From NCBI RefSeq assembly GCF_964355755.1, contig NC_092671.1, forward strand, positions 2,480,001 through 2,544,000: a stretch of 64,000 bases of DNA, read 5' to 3'. The notes beneath the pieces were generated by a model. It made no database searches. It had not been told where the DNA came from and saw nothing but the letters and a program-made list of their open reading frames with translations. A program made the translations under genes and the position numbers. Below, one piece after another: positions 12,501-27,500 of this stretch. Each line of letters opens with the position of its first letter. The first letter of the stretch is position 1. This DNA is from Antedon mediterranea. Taxonomy: Eukaryota > Animalia > Echinodermata.

Positions 12501-15500
12501 ATTGTCTAAAACATCAACTGCTCTTTGCGTTGGCTGAACAGAAACTGAACTAATTTAGTAAACACTGATTATAATGTAAGGGTAAACCTTGGCATTTTGC
12601 CAACAAAAGTCCACTTACCGAATAGATTATACAGATATGTAAGCTCTTGTGAGGTTAATGCCTCTAATTGGATGAAGTTCACAGAAAAATAAACTAAATT
12701 ATATACATTAATCGTTTAAATAGTAGATCACGTTCAGATTTTAGTGAAATTTAAGAAGCATTTATTAGGTAATAATCAGGTATCTCTTTTCCACTGAAAA
12801 CATTTACGTAAAGTTCTCATAAAAATCATACTTTACATAAACACTCAGTTTCACAATAAAGATACTATTTCAACAAATTCTCTATTAATCTTCCTGTTTT
12901 ATATTTCATACAAAAACCAAAGTAAATCTATTACAGTAAAAATAACAGTTAAAATAATTCCCTGTATTCGTATGCTGTCTGTTAAGTTATTAAATGGAAA
13001 TAAGTGGATAATAAATAAACAAAATTTAGACATATTAAGACCGATAAAAACATTGAGTAATAGGAATAAGAATATAAAAAAGTATAAAAATAAAACAAAG
13101 TTGTCTGAGATATTGTAATAATAATAAAGATCTCATTAAACTAATATTATTTTCCTAATCAAAATTAACAATTCATTTTCATTCTATTTGTTTAAAAACA
13201 AATTTACTTGACAAAAAGGAAGAAATTAAATTTGTACAAGTCTATGTCTGGGATTTTATTGAATAAAGTGGGAAGTTCATAGCCCATTTCTTGCGTCATT
13301 ACTACCAACACAGGAAAATAATACCACAATTGTTATTTTACCTTTAACAAACACTTCCTAAATTGACTACCGTATCTATTCGGTGTCTTTCTTCTTTTTA
13401 CAATAATTAAAGTTAAATAATACCGTGATTACGGCAGAGATAACAAAGAAATGAAAACTTAGTTTTGTATTTTTTTCTATTACAGTATTAAACCCCTGAA
13501 TAGAATTGTAATGTTAAAATATAATTTGGCTTCTGTTTGGTTCACGGAAAAGTTGAGGGTGTTTCCTGAATATGGTTGCCCATAGTGTTAAAACACATAC
13601 GGTATATTTCCCTACCATTTCACAGAAAAGTGTACCCTTAATAGAGGTGTTCCAATAATAGGGGTATCCCCTTAATAGAGGTGTTCCAATAATAGGGGTA
13701 TCCCATTAATAGAGGTGTTCCAATAATAGGGGTATCCCCTTACGAGAGTGTTGGAATGATGGGGTTCTAACTGTGCTTGTTCTAAAAAGAGTCTCAATAA
13801 GATAATTGTTATTATCACTTGAAAGTTATCTATAAATTCACCTTCACTTCTGCTGCCTCTCGCTTATAGAATGACCTACCCGCCTCTATTAGATCATGTT
13901 CGTCTACTCTCGCCTTTAAATCTGCCTTGAAAACTCATCTTTTTCTTTCAGATTGAGCTCTCTCATACACCGCGCCTTTGATCACTTACTGCTGGAATTG
14001 GCGCGTTACAAATTCATACTATTATTATTATTTATTATTATTATTAAATTAAATATTAAACAAAAATATATTCCTTCTTTAACTACAGTACAGTTTTTTT
14101 TATATTAAAAATTAATGAACTATTTTATTTTGTGTGTTGAAAAAAACTATAGAATATACAAACTGAAAATTATAATCTTATAAATACGTACTGTTATTTT
14201 GAGCAATAGCTACGATTAATATTAATGCTAGATTGAAACAGTAGATTGTTAAAGTAAGTGGACTATACAAAATAGACAATAAAAAATCAAAGAAACAAAA
14301 TTGCTCATCTTCAACAACACGATTGAAGATGGCATCACAACAAAATACTTTATCACAAATTAAGACAATTTAAATCCTATAACAGATTGTCCAATATCAA
14401 ATATAATAAACTGAGCTAACAAGGAGGTATAGAATTTTTAAAATGATGAACAAACAACAACAAACCTTTGCCCGCTAAACTACTCAAAAACTATTTCAAA
14501 AGCGTTTTGTTTGGAGGGGTTGTTTACCGACGACAGCACAGTAGATTCTGACTGTTCTCTGCTGGCAACGTGAACATCTATTATACGGCTAAAAATAACT
14601 CAAGACGTTTGATTACAAGCGAGTGGAAAATAAAGTGGCTGCCTGCTGGGTTTAATGTCCTGTCTCAATCCTGTCTCAAAGTTTTTGATTTTACAGATAT
14701 TCACCACTTTTTATAATTCATTATAATGGGAAGAACAGCCTGCATGCATGACTGACCAAAAGAGATGACGTCCTAATTGAGAACCTGCGTGGGTTTTCTG
14801 TGGTTGGTTATGGTATGTGGCATACCCTAAAGGGACCAATGAATTAACGTGTTTTCATTGCAGGGCAGTGAAATCATAATTGGGAACTCCCCAAAACTAC
14901 AACCAAGGCCATTGTCATGGCAACTATATGTGATGTCACAAAAATATTTTTATAAAGGAATTTGAAATTGGAGAGTACCTAGAAAAAATGATGGAGTTGA
15001 AATAGGATAAGCTAGTATATAATAGCAATGACGATATTTTAGAGAATTTTAAAAAAAACTGGACAGTAGGCCGATCTCTAAACATGACATATTTTTCAAT
15101 TTAAAAAAAAATCATCATTTCAATACTATGTTTTACTGCCAAACATTCTTTCATAAATTTTCTGGTAACAATCATTTTTTCTATCCATTAGGCCTACCAT
15201 TGATTGATATACATTTTCTGTCTAATTTTTTAAATCATATTAACACTGTTGTTTTTTTCATCATTTGTTTTCTACCTCTTCCACATCCCTTTTCTTTTGA
15301 GACATCACCACAGTGCATTCTTTCATTTGTTTTAACACTTTACATTTTTGTCACATTTATTTATGTATAGAGATTTATAAAGTATTATATATATATCAAA
15401 ATTTCAATGGAAACTAGTAAAGGAAATTTAAAAAATATATACTTTAATAAATTTGGTTTGATAAAACTTTTTTTTTAAATAAGTTCCATATCAAATAACA

Positions 15501-18500
15501 CAATGATTGTATCACCAAACTAGGATTATCTTCCATTCATCATACAAGCATGATAACCTTAACATGGGCTACACAGTGCAACAGAAACAGTATTTTAGTT
15601 ATGTTCCATTTATTAAGGGACCATGTTAAAACTACTTTACAGTTACTGCAGCAACATTTTGGATAATCATACCAGGGAAGAGTTTATTGCAGTGACATAA
15701 ACGTCTACATTGAAACAATTTAAAATAGTATTACAGTAACCAAATACTAGTCTACAGTAACTGCAGTAGAAATGATTGCTGAAGTGAGACATTAAAACTG
15801 TAGCAACTTACCTTGAGGAGCACCGCCCACATATGCTAGAGGGGTGGAGACCATGTTGGCATAAGGAGTGGTTGGCTGCAATGGAAAGCCTGGTGTCTCT
15901 GGTGTGCCTGGAGATTCTAGTGCTGGTGCATACCCCATCAAGCGTTCCTTTTCACGTATTGCTTCTATCTCTGGCGATTTTAAACCGTGTACACGATTCC
16001 AAAAGTATGTTTCCTGAAAGAAATCAGTCAGCTGCATTCAAAATTTAATTTACACTAAGTTTGTAAATGACATGGATGGAGCAAGCAACATTAGTTAAAA
16101 ACACTTTTGATATGAAAATCAGTGAGACATCTCGCTATGTGAAACAAAAATATTTAATTAGGCCTACCGTATGTGGTTGTCCACCAGGATTTCGTATCCA
16201 TATCTCTGGAGAGGGCGTCCTTGATCGCATACTAAGACCTTTCTCAAACCCAGTGCCACTATTGCTACGATGTAGTGATCTTGGATGACGTTCTAAGTTT
16301 GGTGGGCTCATTGATCTTTCCAGTTCATCTATTCTAGCACGAGCATCTGGGGAAAAAAATTCATCGTTGAAGAGATTTTAGGAAAATTTACAAACATCAT
16401 CCCATCATCATTGTTACATAAAAGAAACTTTATGCCAGTAACTGTCTCTTTCATTATAATATTCTATTTTCACTCTCTTAATCATTATCATTCTCTCAGA
16501 AATAATAAAAATGATTATTAGATGAAAAATAAAAATAATAATTTTTACAGAGAGAATTTGTTTGTAATTCTTCATTTTATATAAAATTACGATGTCAAAC
16601 AAACCACGTATATTACAGATAAGAGAGAGTTATTTAGTTATTTAATCGATCCTTACCAGCAACTCTGCTTGCTACTATTCCCTGTTTAATGATGGGCTCC
16701 TGGACCGGTTCTTCTGCCCTTGCATCTGGTTCATCTACTGGAGGCAGCGGCCTAGAGAAAGAGTCACCAAGAAGATTTGAATCGGAGTGGAATCGAACCC
16801 TAGCCATTCGTGGCACTTGATAACGGTCCTCCTCCTCATTAAATAGGCAACCATTTGTTATGTCTGGATAATTTGAACCTATATTTTTTAATGCGTGTTC
16901 CCAAATGGCAAGTTCGTTTTTAGGCGTGCTTGTCCGAGGAACACTTTCTTCCTGTGGTTGACTATAGTGAGGATCCTCCTCATCTAATCTACTCAGAGAT
17001 TGAGTTAGATCCACTCCATGCGTTGTTAACTTTCTATCATGCAAAAGGTTAGGTGTTGATTGAAATTGCGTTCCTGCGATTTGTCCAGTTGAGTTATAAC
17101 GCTGCGGGATTCGAAGATCTTTCATGCTTCCGGACTCATGCTGGAAAGGATGGGAGGGTCTTTTCGGGAAAGCTAATCGGATGGGTTTGCTTGGTCCCAT
17201 GTTTGTATCACTTCTTGAAAATTGAGATTGATGGGAAATTGGCCTGAATGTCGTCTGCGGAATTTGTGATAGTCCCGGTGACGGTTTGTAATACCGATTT
17301 CCCCGTAAATCTGGTTGTGATTGATATTTTGAATTCAGAGCAACATTCTCATTGGATGAGGCAATACCGTTGCTTACACTAGGAGCAACATTCTCATTGG
17401 ATGAAGCAACTCCTTTGCTTACATTTCTCAGACTTCCAATTCGATTCATTACCCAATTATAATCTGGGGCTGGATTATCAGGGGCCGGATTATCTGGGGC
17501 TGGATTATCTGGGGCTGGATTATCTGGGGCTGGATTATCTGGTTTGGGTTCTACTTTCGCATCATCTGTAGGGGTGTATTTTACGACGTCAGACCCAGGC
17601 TGAATCTCACCGTTTTGAACTAGTCTATCATACTCCCCTAACGGATAATATTTTAAAGTTGTTTTAACTTTGTGCTCTGTTGAGCGTACAACTACGCCCT
17701 CTTTATCGGCACCTGGTACGGAACGTATTAACTGTTCGTTTAGTGAATTATATGTAGGTTGAGGATGGATTAGTTGTTGGTTAGATGGGTTATATGATGC
17801 ATGCGTAGCAACAAGCGAGGTGTTAGTGTTGGGAAGAGAGGTATATGAAGAAGTTATATCAGATGATGCGGTCTGTGAAGAAGTCAAATCAAGATGCAAA
17901 TCATTAGCATGCAAAGACCTGCAATATACAACACAAATAAGAAGAAATTATAATGAAATTATAAATTAATATTTATAAAAATAAGTTATCAATATATTGC
18001 ATTTGAAAGATATAATAATAAAAATCAAATAAAAATTGTAAACAACATTGATGGTGATGTTGGTAAATATAAATCATTTGTATATAAATAAAAATAATCC
18101 TACAGGGATATTTTTTATTTACTTATTAAAAAGAATATGTAATAAATAAATGTATTCATTTAATAATCTATTTAAGATAACAATACAATTTACAGTGCAA
18201 TAAAATAAAAATTTATTTGTAGAAATTGACCAAATTCACAAACAAGCAGACAAACTTTGAACAGAAAAATCACAGAGAAAGAAAAAATATATCAACAAAT
18301 TTGGATTCTGAAAATGTAAAGTACATTTTAAAAAACTGTTAAAATTACCAAACCAGACAAGAAAATTTAATAATATATTATTAATTAAAATATACAACTT
18401 GCTAAATGTGCAAAAAATGTTGAAAAACATAACAAATTTGGACAATATTTTAAATATATAACAGAACAGAAAAACAAATAATAACGTAAAGGACAAATTT

Positions 18501-21500
18501 CCATATAAAGAAAAATGCACAAATTTCCACGACATAAACAAGCATGCATACACTTCAAATACAGTAAATATATACATATTCATATTAGAATGACCAAATA
18601 TGGTAAACATGCTACTGAACTGTTATGAATATTCGTTACTCGGTTACCTGACTACACATAGCGTATCTAGAAGCGCCTCCAAGCTGTTTATAATTGGAGC
18701 AAAATATTTTTATTCAGAAAATGTTGGTTTTTTTTAAATTAATACTGATTCACAATATGCACTATTTGTTTAATGAATTAAATGATATTAATTGTTCTAT
18801 TAAAACAAAAAACACATTAACAACACAAATATTAGGGGGGAGGTGGTAAGATGGTTAAGGAAAGGTACAAAACACTAGGGATTCTCAAACAAGAACTTGT
18901 TTTGAAGAAAGAAAGTTTATAGAAAAAAATATACATATATATATAATTGCAGTAAGTAGAAATAAATTAATTTACATAATTAATACTATATGATTAAATT
19001 AAATGTATGTATCATGAAATTTAAAATGATAAAGTGAATAAAAATCTGACATAACTATTACTATTAATTATTATTATTGAATGAAGTTAATAAATATAAC
19101 AAATTATTTATTATGATTTAGTTGATATCATAAATTACTTTTTAAAAATATATAGTAAGGAAAGCTTTAGAAATTTGTACTATGAAATTGTATTTGCAAT
19201 AAGAAAATTTGATGTTCTCAATTAAAAATTAACGTTCTTTGAAACTATAATGAAATTAGAAAAGAAAATGTAATATATAATAAGGACAAAATTAAATATT
19301 ATTAAACACTTACTTTTCAATCTGATGCATTCGTTTCTCGTTTACAGGGTTTGAATAGACTCTTTCTTTCCTTGGACTTCTTGGAGGCCTAGACACAATG
19401 TTGGGATCTACCACGTAAGAGTGCTCCGATTCCGGTCTGCTCGTTGGTTGACTTTCATATATAAACGATCCTGACATACTACCGTTAGGAAGACCACGCT
19501 GAGGCGGTGAATGGGCTTCTGGTGGCGGTACATACTGTTGGTAACGGTTTGGTGTTGGTTGGTATTGTTGTCGAGTAACATGACTCGCGATAATCGGATC
19601 ACTTATACGTGGCAAGTTTTTCACACGTGGGTCTGGCGTGTCTTTGTGAATATCAGTGGATCTATGTTTCATATATGTATCTGTTGATTTTACGCTACTG
19701 GGACTAAGCAGAGGTGGTGTGTATCGTGAGCCTATTTCATTGACCCGGTTATAAGAATCTGACCTCGGTGAAAGACTCTGAAGAGAGGGCGTTGAATGTT
19801 GATGTCCTGAATGTTTGTTACTCATCATGGTATCAATATATAATGGCTGTGATGTCGAGCCTTGCGATAGTCTTTCACGGTCACGCTTCTGTTTCAGTTT
19901 CAGCTGCTGTTTCTGAAGCCACGTTAAACCATCTGTTGATCCTTCGCTAGAGGTCTCACTAGGAGTTGGAGAAACTGGGTTCACTGTCGGTCGAAGATCG
20001 TTCAAAGGACTTGGGTTCGGTGTTTGTCGGCGCTCAGTTATAGGAGAGCTTGGATTCGCTGGAGATGTTGGCCCAGTGTGAACATATTTAATAATCTCCT
20101 TCTGTGCTCTGATTGGTGATGAAGGAGAATTTACCCTTGGGTATGAGTTTATTCTGGTAGGTGAGCTGGGCATAGAACCTTGCTTCTGTTTTTCTTGTAT
20201 GGGGCTAAAATTTGCTGAAACATTAGAATCAACAGTAGTATTTGGTAACGGTGAACTTGAGCGGTAATGTCTTTTATCATCTTGTCCATGATTCGCTAAT
20301 CGTTCATTAGCATTATATCGCAAAGGACTATGGGTACCAGGATTTGCACTATACGATGTTGATTGGACATCTGCTTGAATTTTTTCATCCACAGGTCCGT
20401 TTGTCATACCCTGGCCATAGGTCAAAAGCTGACCATTTGGCATGACCTGTCCATTTGGTATGGGTTGGATATGTGTATGTCCATTAACCATTGGTGACAC
20501 TTGTGATGGTTCGGTATTGTACATATGGCTTGTGTGATGATTTGAATTGTTCCGCATCACTGGCTCGCCATATAACAGATTATGCACTTGGCCAGCAGAT
20601 GTATGTGTGGGATTCTTATTCCCTTGTTTGTCTTTATCATGAATCTCGGCATAAGGGTTTTCTAGTTCGGTTGAAGATCGTGAGTAACCGCTGTCTCGTG
20701 AGGGCGACGTTGGTGATATGTGTGGAGCCGCACGTTGTACGGAGGTTGGCTTGGCTGCCTCTGCCTTCTGAGTTTGCGATATTTTCTTCTGAACACTAAC
20801 AAAGTTACTGGCATCAGGCGTCTGTAAAAATACAATTTTGAATTTGAAATATTCTAAACATGTCTTAAAAAGGTAAACATTAATTAAATAGGCCTTGATT
20901 TCTTCCGCTGGGCTTGTAAATTTGTCATGTGCCATTTTGCTATCATGGGAGTGGTTTACTAGAAAGTGTATTTTGGAAATAATACTGTACTAGTACTGTA
21001 CTAGTAATAGTGCTAGTACTGTGCTAGTAGTACTTGGCTAGTACTGGGCTAGTAGTACTTGGCTAGTACTGTGCTAGTAGTACTTGGCTAGTACTGTGCT
21101 AGTAGTACTTGGCTAGTACTGTGCTAGTACTCTGCTTAATACCAAGAAGCAGCAGCTTACCTCATTAGCATCAATTCCAATAAGAAGATCGTCAAAACCT
21201 TTCAACAATTCATCTAACTCTTCACGTTCTTTGTACGTTGGTCCGACGACCGTCACTGAATCAAAAGGCATATTCTTGATAGCTGCTACTGGTAACTTTG
21301 TTTGAGGGCTCTCACTTCTTGGTCGCACACCATTTGGTATCGGGCCGTTCATTTGGATAGGGCCGTTCATTAATGGTGTAGAGGCACTGTTGTTTACATG
21401 TTCGATTTTTGGTGCGTTGCTTTTGCGGACTTGAGCATACAAGCTGCCATCAGGGGCTGATAGGTGCGGTATGCTATTTACGTCTTGGCTATTCATATTG

Positions 21501-24500
21501 GAATCAACCAAGTCTGTGTGAAAAAATATGTCACATGTAAAAAAATTTTAGTAATATGAGCAAATATTCCACTCCTTGTAACTTTCACAAGTAACCTGCA
21601 TAAAAGGTATTTGCACACACGAATTGGATAAAGCGACTAGCTCAAAGCATTGTACAAATGACCCTAAACAAATTTATATATATTTTTTATTTGACATTAG
21701 ATTTTAATAGCAAATTTAAATTTTACTTTACACAGCATTTGTGAAATTACTACAGTATTTATAAAAGACCAGACTCTTACCATCTTCACCTTCTATCATG
21801 GAATCAAAATGTTCATAAGAATCCCAGCGTATGAGAGGATCATTGGAGTTTTCAAGTGGAAAGGCACTTCCGCGGACATAGTCACTATTGTGAATCTTGT
21901 CAGGCGTAGCTGAGAATATGAACTCTACTTTGGTAAATGATGGAAAGCGTGGATCTGAAAAATGAGCAGAGAAAAGCCAACATGAAATTTTTTACAAAAT
22001 CCAATAACATTTCCAAAAATGAGATAAAGTAAACTTTAGAACCAATCTTGATGTTTGTTAAGCTCTGTCTACACTTTAAACTTTATGTGACAAAAAAATG
22101 TGATATGCCCATATATGAACATGATGATGTCATATCACTACCATATTTAAACATATCACTACCATATTTGGGCACATCACACTGTAGCTATGGCATATTT
22201 TATTATTTTTATTTTTCAAATATATATTTTTTGTTCCGTTCCACATGTATTAACTTTATTTGTGCATAGCACAATCCTTAATATTGTCAGCAGTCCCAAT
22301 TACATTGATATAATTCACTCAAACCTCCAACTACTGTGTCATGATAATTCTCTCTGACAGTGGAGTTATTTTAATGGAGTCTGTGGGCTTAAAATGACTT
22401 AGTGTCTTTGTACAAAATTACCAACTGCAATTTAATATTGTTCCATAAACCAAGTGATTAAAATATCCAAGAAATACTATTAACGGATAAACTAAACGAG
22501 CCATACCTGTACACGCATCATCCAAGTCGGATTTTTGGAAAACTAGACGATATTCCATGATGGCTGTTGTGTGGAACTGCACGCGGAATATCACGTCTCG
22601 TGTTGTAGACCGGAATTTTTTGTGGTAGCATTTCACCTAGGAAAATAATAATTCTTCTAAATCAACATACTTTTTAATTACATTTTATATGAGATATTTA
22701 TCAATATTGATAATGTTAATTAATATGATTATCAATATTTACAATCATTATATATTTCAGTAGGCCTAAAGTTTTATTAATCATTTGATAATCTCTCATA
22801 AGCAAATAATAAAGCTGGGTTTATTTTTTATGAAAATAAATGTTTATTTTACTGAAATTGAAGAAATGGATGTTAGGCATAAAAAATTAAAAGCATTTTT
22901 ATTTATTTTACCGTAATAATCATTGCAATACTGGTACCTCAATCTATTATCGTTGCTGTTACATATTAATAATTATTTACAATTATTTTAATAATTAAAT
23001 TTATTGTAAATAACTAATCACTAATTACCATATTAAAAATAACTACTTTTATATTTCATTTTCACTTGTAACAAATAACATTTCACTATGATCTATGTTT
23101 AACAACAATTAAATGATAATAATGAATAAATATATTAGATATTATTTCCAAAATAGTTGTCATACCAGAATATCTCCCTTTAAAGGCAAGGCTTGGTCAA
23201 ATGGAATTGCAAACCTTGTGGTGCCCTCGGTCACGGTGCTGTGAATAAAACAAACAATATAATTTAATCACAATCGCTCAGAAATATTTATTCAGGCAAA
23301 TAATCCAGGTGAAAGGAAAAAGAATAGATACAAAACGGAAAAACAACAAAAGCTAAATATTCCTACACGCTTTTTTGATTTAGACATTCCATTACTTTAC
23401 ATGCTAGTTAATTATTGATAATCTTGTTTCACAAGAATTTGAAATGCTTTAATCTGCATGACAAGTTTAATGGAATACTGTAATCTCCAAATTGATTGAA
23501 ACAGCCAATTAAACTAGCCGTACATAATATTTGGGTCTGTTACAATATTTGTGATTGGGTACCTTGAATCACCTATTCCCCACTTAATTCTCATTCTCAA
23601 CTTGGCTACACCTGGATTTATATATAAATCACCTTAATAACAATTCACATATCTAATCAACTGCGATATTATAATTGAGTGTCACTTTCAAAGGTATGGG
23701 CAAGTGGGCTATCTAGTTAAATAAACATGCACAACTTTGATATGAATGCGTTCGGCTAATAACTTAATAAAATAATGATGGAACTTACTAAACTCCTGAG
23801 GTGAAAACCGTCTGCATATTTTGGTAAACTCTCATGAAAGGTCGACAACCTGATAATTAAAATACAATGCAAGAAAATTACAAAATACTTTCAATCACAT
23901 TCAATCAAGAAATCAATTTTCTGCTTCAACGATTAACAATGAAAAGTTTTATTACTGACATATCTTTACGCATATGTGATTTCAATTAAGAGCGAACCTA
24001 CCTCCTTCAGTGTCAAAGTTAGGTACCCCATGTATAAAGACGTAGTGAAGAAATAAAGGGCTGTTGTTGATTTGTATCGATCTTGCTAACAACCCTGAGA
24101 AGTAATCGATGTACCGATGTTGAGAGGGGTGCATCGCCGACCCTGTTTTGGCATCTAAAAACCGTCGCATGGCATATCTATCTAAAGCTGTATCAGTACT
24201 GAAAGTAAAATAATAATTTGTAATGAACCGTAACAAAGTAATTGATAATTAAATGATAAAATTTGAATTACCGTATACAATTATTTATTTCTAATTGAAA
24301 TATTTGAGTAATATTTACCTGTTACTAAAATTTAAGTAGCCCATATATGCAGATACAACTACACCAATGGGACCACGTCCTCCCTAAAGTAGAAATAATA
24401 ATATAAAGGTGAACATATTAAACTTGTATTATCAATTTCTTTTCGTTCTTTTGTGCTTTTTTTTATTTACAAAAAAAGAATGTACTTGGTATAATAAGTC

Positions 24501-27500
24501 ACACAACAATTTGCCATGGCGGGTCTAGGAGTTTAGAATAATAGTTGGTGGGGTATTTTCCCAAATGACGTAAAATCAAAATGGTACTGTGTTATGATGT
24601 ACTAGTATTCATGTCACCAATTAGCCATCCATTCTTTCATAGAACATACTGATGAAGAAGTCTAACTCTGGGGACTGTAAAATCGACCCCTGAGACATGA
24701 CTTTTAGCTGATTGGAGCTTTGGGGGTAGTGGCCAATAAAATAAAGGTAAATAAAAACGAAATACTGTGGACGAACCTTGCAATGAATAACAACAACATG
24801 CATTGGATCTGCTTTTAACCATGTCTCAATCTGCTTACAAATACTGCAAAGTTGCTCTAGAGGGGGCGCCAGATGATCAGGCCAACCGATGTCGACAACC
24901 TGAGGAGATAATTTTAAAAAGATCACCAAAATGTCATCAAAACTTTAAACTTTATCAAAATCACATTCTTTTCAGGGAACTATCAATAATTTTTGACAGT
25001 TTAAGTGTAACAATTGGGAACAATTCCAAATTCTTTTTTTTTTAAAGAAATCTTCGGATATTTTATGATAAAAAACAAGACATTATGAAGCTTAACTGTA
25101 TTTCAAATTTATTTGATATTTACCAACAAAGACGAGTCTTCATGTTAAAACTCAATTCAAATTTGAAATCTCACCTGCATATTAAGTTTGTTGATGTCCC
25201 GTCGCCGTCGTGACAAATTAAAAAACAAATAGTTGTTTCCATGTTTTCTTTGTAGCATCTGTACAACATCTTTTAAATTTGCTTGATATTGCGATTCAAG
25301 TCCACCGGCAGGGAATGACATTGCTACAAGGTAAAAAACACAATAAAGGTAAATGCGAAGTCCATGTTTATGAACATAGGGGAATCAGCTGTTAGGGGTC
25401 AATGTACTAAGTCTCTGGGCAAACTATTTAAAAAAAATATCATACACATCCATACAGGTCCACTCCATTTTGTTGAAATAAAATTAAATAAATATATCTA
25501 TTTTTTAACAAGCTTATAGACAGGGAGGGGTTTGAGGGTTCAAATGAACACCCTTTTGCATGTACAAACTAGAGAACAGCAATGGAAGTGATTTTTGGTT
25601 GTCTTAAAATCGAACCACCTGTAAAAATCCTGGTTACGAACTTGTATACAAATAAACATACTAAACATTTCAAATTACCATTAAAGTACCAAAAGTACCG
25701 TATAAAAAGTTTGACTTTTATATTAATAATTATTGAGTATTAATCATTTTTTGCACCTTTTCATGAGTGAAAATAATAATAAAACTCCACATTAAATTGA
25801 TTATTGTGAAGGTTACCATAAAACATTCATGATAACATAAAATATACACGCATACAGATATATTCGGGATCAAACATGTTGCCATCCATTAAAGGCTTAG
25901 AGAACGAAAAGTTAAGGTATTGTTTATGTCATTTAACATTCAACATTAATGCACTTGGAATTATCTGACCACACGTTTATTTCACACTCATGCTCTAAAC
26001 TTATTTCTGTTAAACTACATAATGTGTAGGAGTGTTTATTGCACTCAGAAAGGAGAATAAGTTAAGTTTGGACTAATTCTATTGAGTTAAAGTGAGTTAA
26101 ATCAATAGTTATAAATTTACAGGCATAGAACAATTAATTAATCAATTAATTTATAAACAATAAATGTGAAAATTAATGTGAGGATCAGAAAAAGCCATCC
26201 TCAACCAAGATTCAAATTCGGGACATTCTGCTTGATATGCAGATGTCCTAAATCACTGGGGCTTTCATGATATTGTTCAAATTCGATTGGATAGTAAGCC
26301 CACAGTATCTATTCTTTACAATGACAATATCATCCTTTCACCACATGTCAAGTGACTATGCGATATTAAGTTCCACAATGATTCTACACTTGATAGACGT
26401 GTAGTGTGCATTGTGAAAATAAAAGTTTGCTATTAATAATAAACCTTATACAGAACAAATAACAATATAGTCCTACTTTTTGTGCGTAATTCATTCTGTC
26501 TATTCTATCTACTGGTACTCAAAAGACAACATACTTTCATGTTTTTAGTCATGTACCAGAGGGCCAAGAGATCAACATTGAAATACATAAATATTCTTTC
26601 TAGACTCCCTGTGTATAAATGGCACCATAAAAGAGGAATGTCATCACTCTATAATGTTTCACGAGCCATTAAACTTGTCCTTAGAAGCAACTAATATATT
26701 GTGTTGAGCATGTCTATCAGAAAGGAAATGTTTTACTGCATGGAAAATAATCAAAACTTTTAGTCGTTTGTCACCAATTTTGTTTGCATCATTGTCTAGC
26801 CCTTCACAGTACCACATGTTCATAGTCTATGAACTAATATGGTCACCTAATGTTATTACGTAACATTGATATGTGATTGATGGGCCCTATGTACTTGGTA
26901 ACCTCATAATTGGGCATTTAGACTGAATTTTCCTATTCCGAGTAATTTCCGAGAGTTTATATAAAGATATATTCTACCAGTTAAATCATAATTTTCAATA
27001 GCAAATTTACTAGTGTTATATTGCAATGCAATTTGAAATAAATAAATGTATACTTACATATAATGCGTTCTGTTATGTAATCCACATCCAAGTCTAACGA
27101 CTCCATTATGTAACTTTCCACCCCTCTGTAAAACAATCAAAGTTAATTGTTTTAAACTTCATAAATAATGTATCCTCACCCTTTCCAAAATATTGGAGTA
27201 ACTGTTGATGTTTTCATTTTATATTGTATCACTGTGTAAACATTGATATTTATTTTATATTAGCATCATTTATTTGTACTAGGGCTCAGTACTGGGTTCT
27301 CCAAAGTCAATGTTGAAGTGTGAATTGAGGTCAATGGCACTTGCCATCATTTACCTAGACAGATCTCACAGAAAATAAATACGTCAGTTGTAGGTATGAC
27401 ATCAAAATAGATAATGCCTTATAAGGCAATGAATAAGTTTAAGAATTTAGCATAATGTTAATCATTTTGTACATACTTTTACTTTTAGTTTCAGAAAACT

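Noticed and set aside
14528-14588. Candidate exon or alternative start ([16 protein letters not shown])
   Set aside because: As an internal exon it hits a stop in the required phase; as a first exon the donor (gtaaac) is weak.
20822-20935. ORF-track N-terminal extensions of tensin exons (also 24199-24236 and 24900-24929)
   Set aside because: Intronic read-through upstream of clear acceptors.
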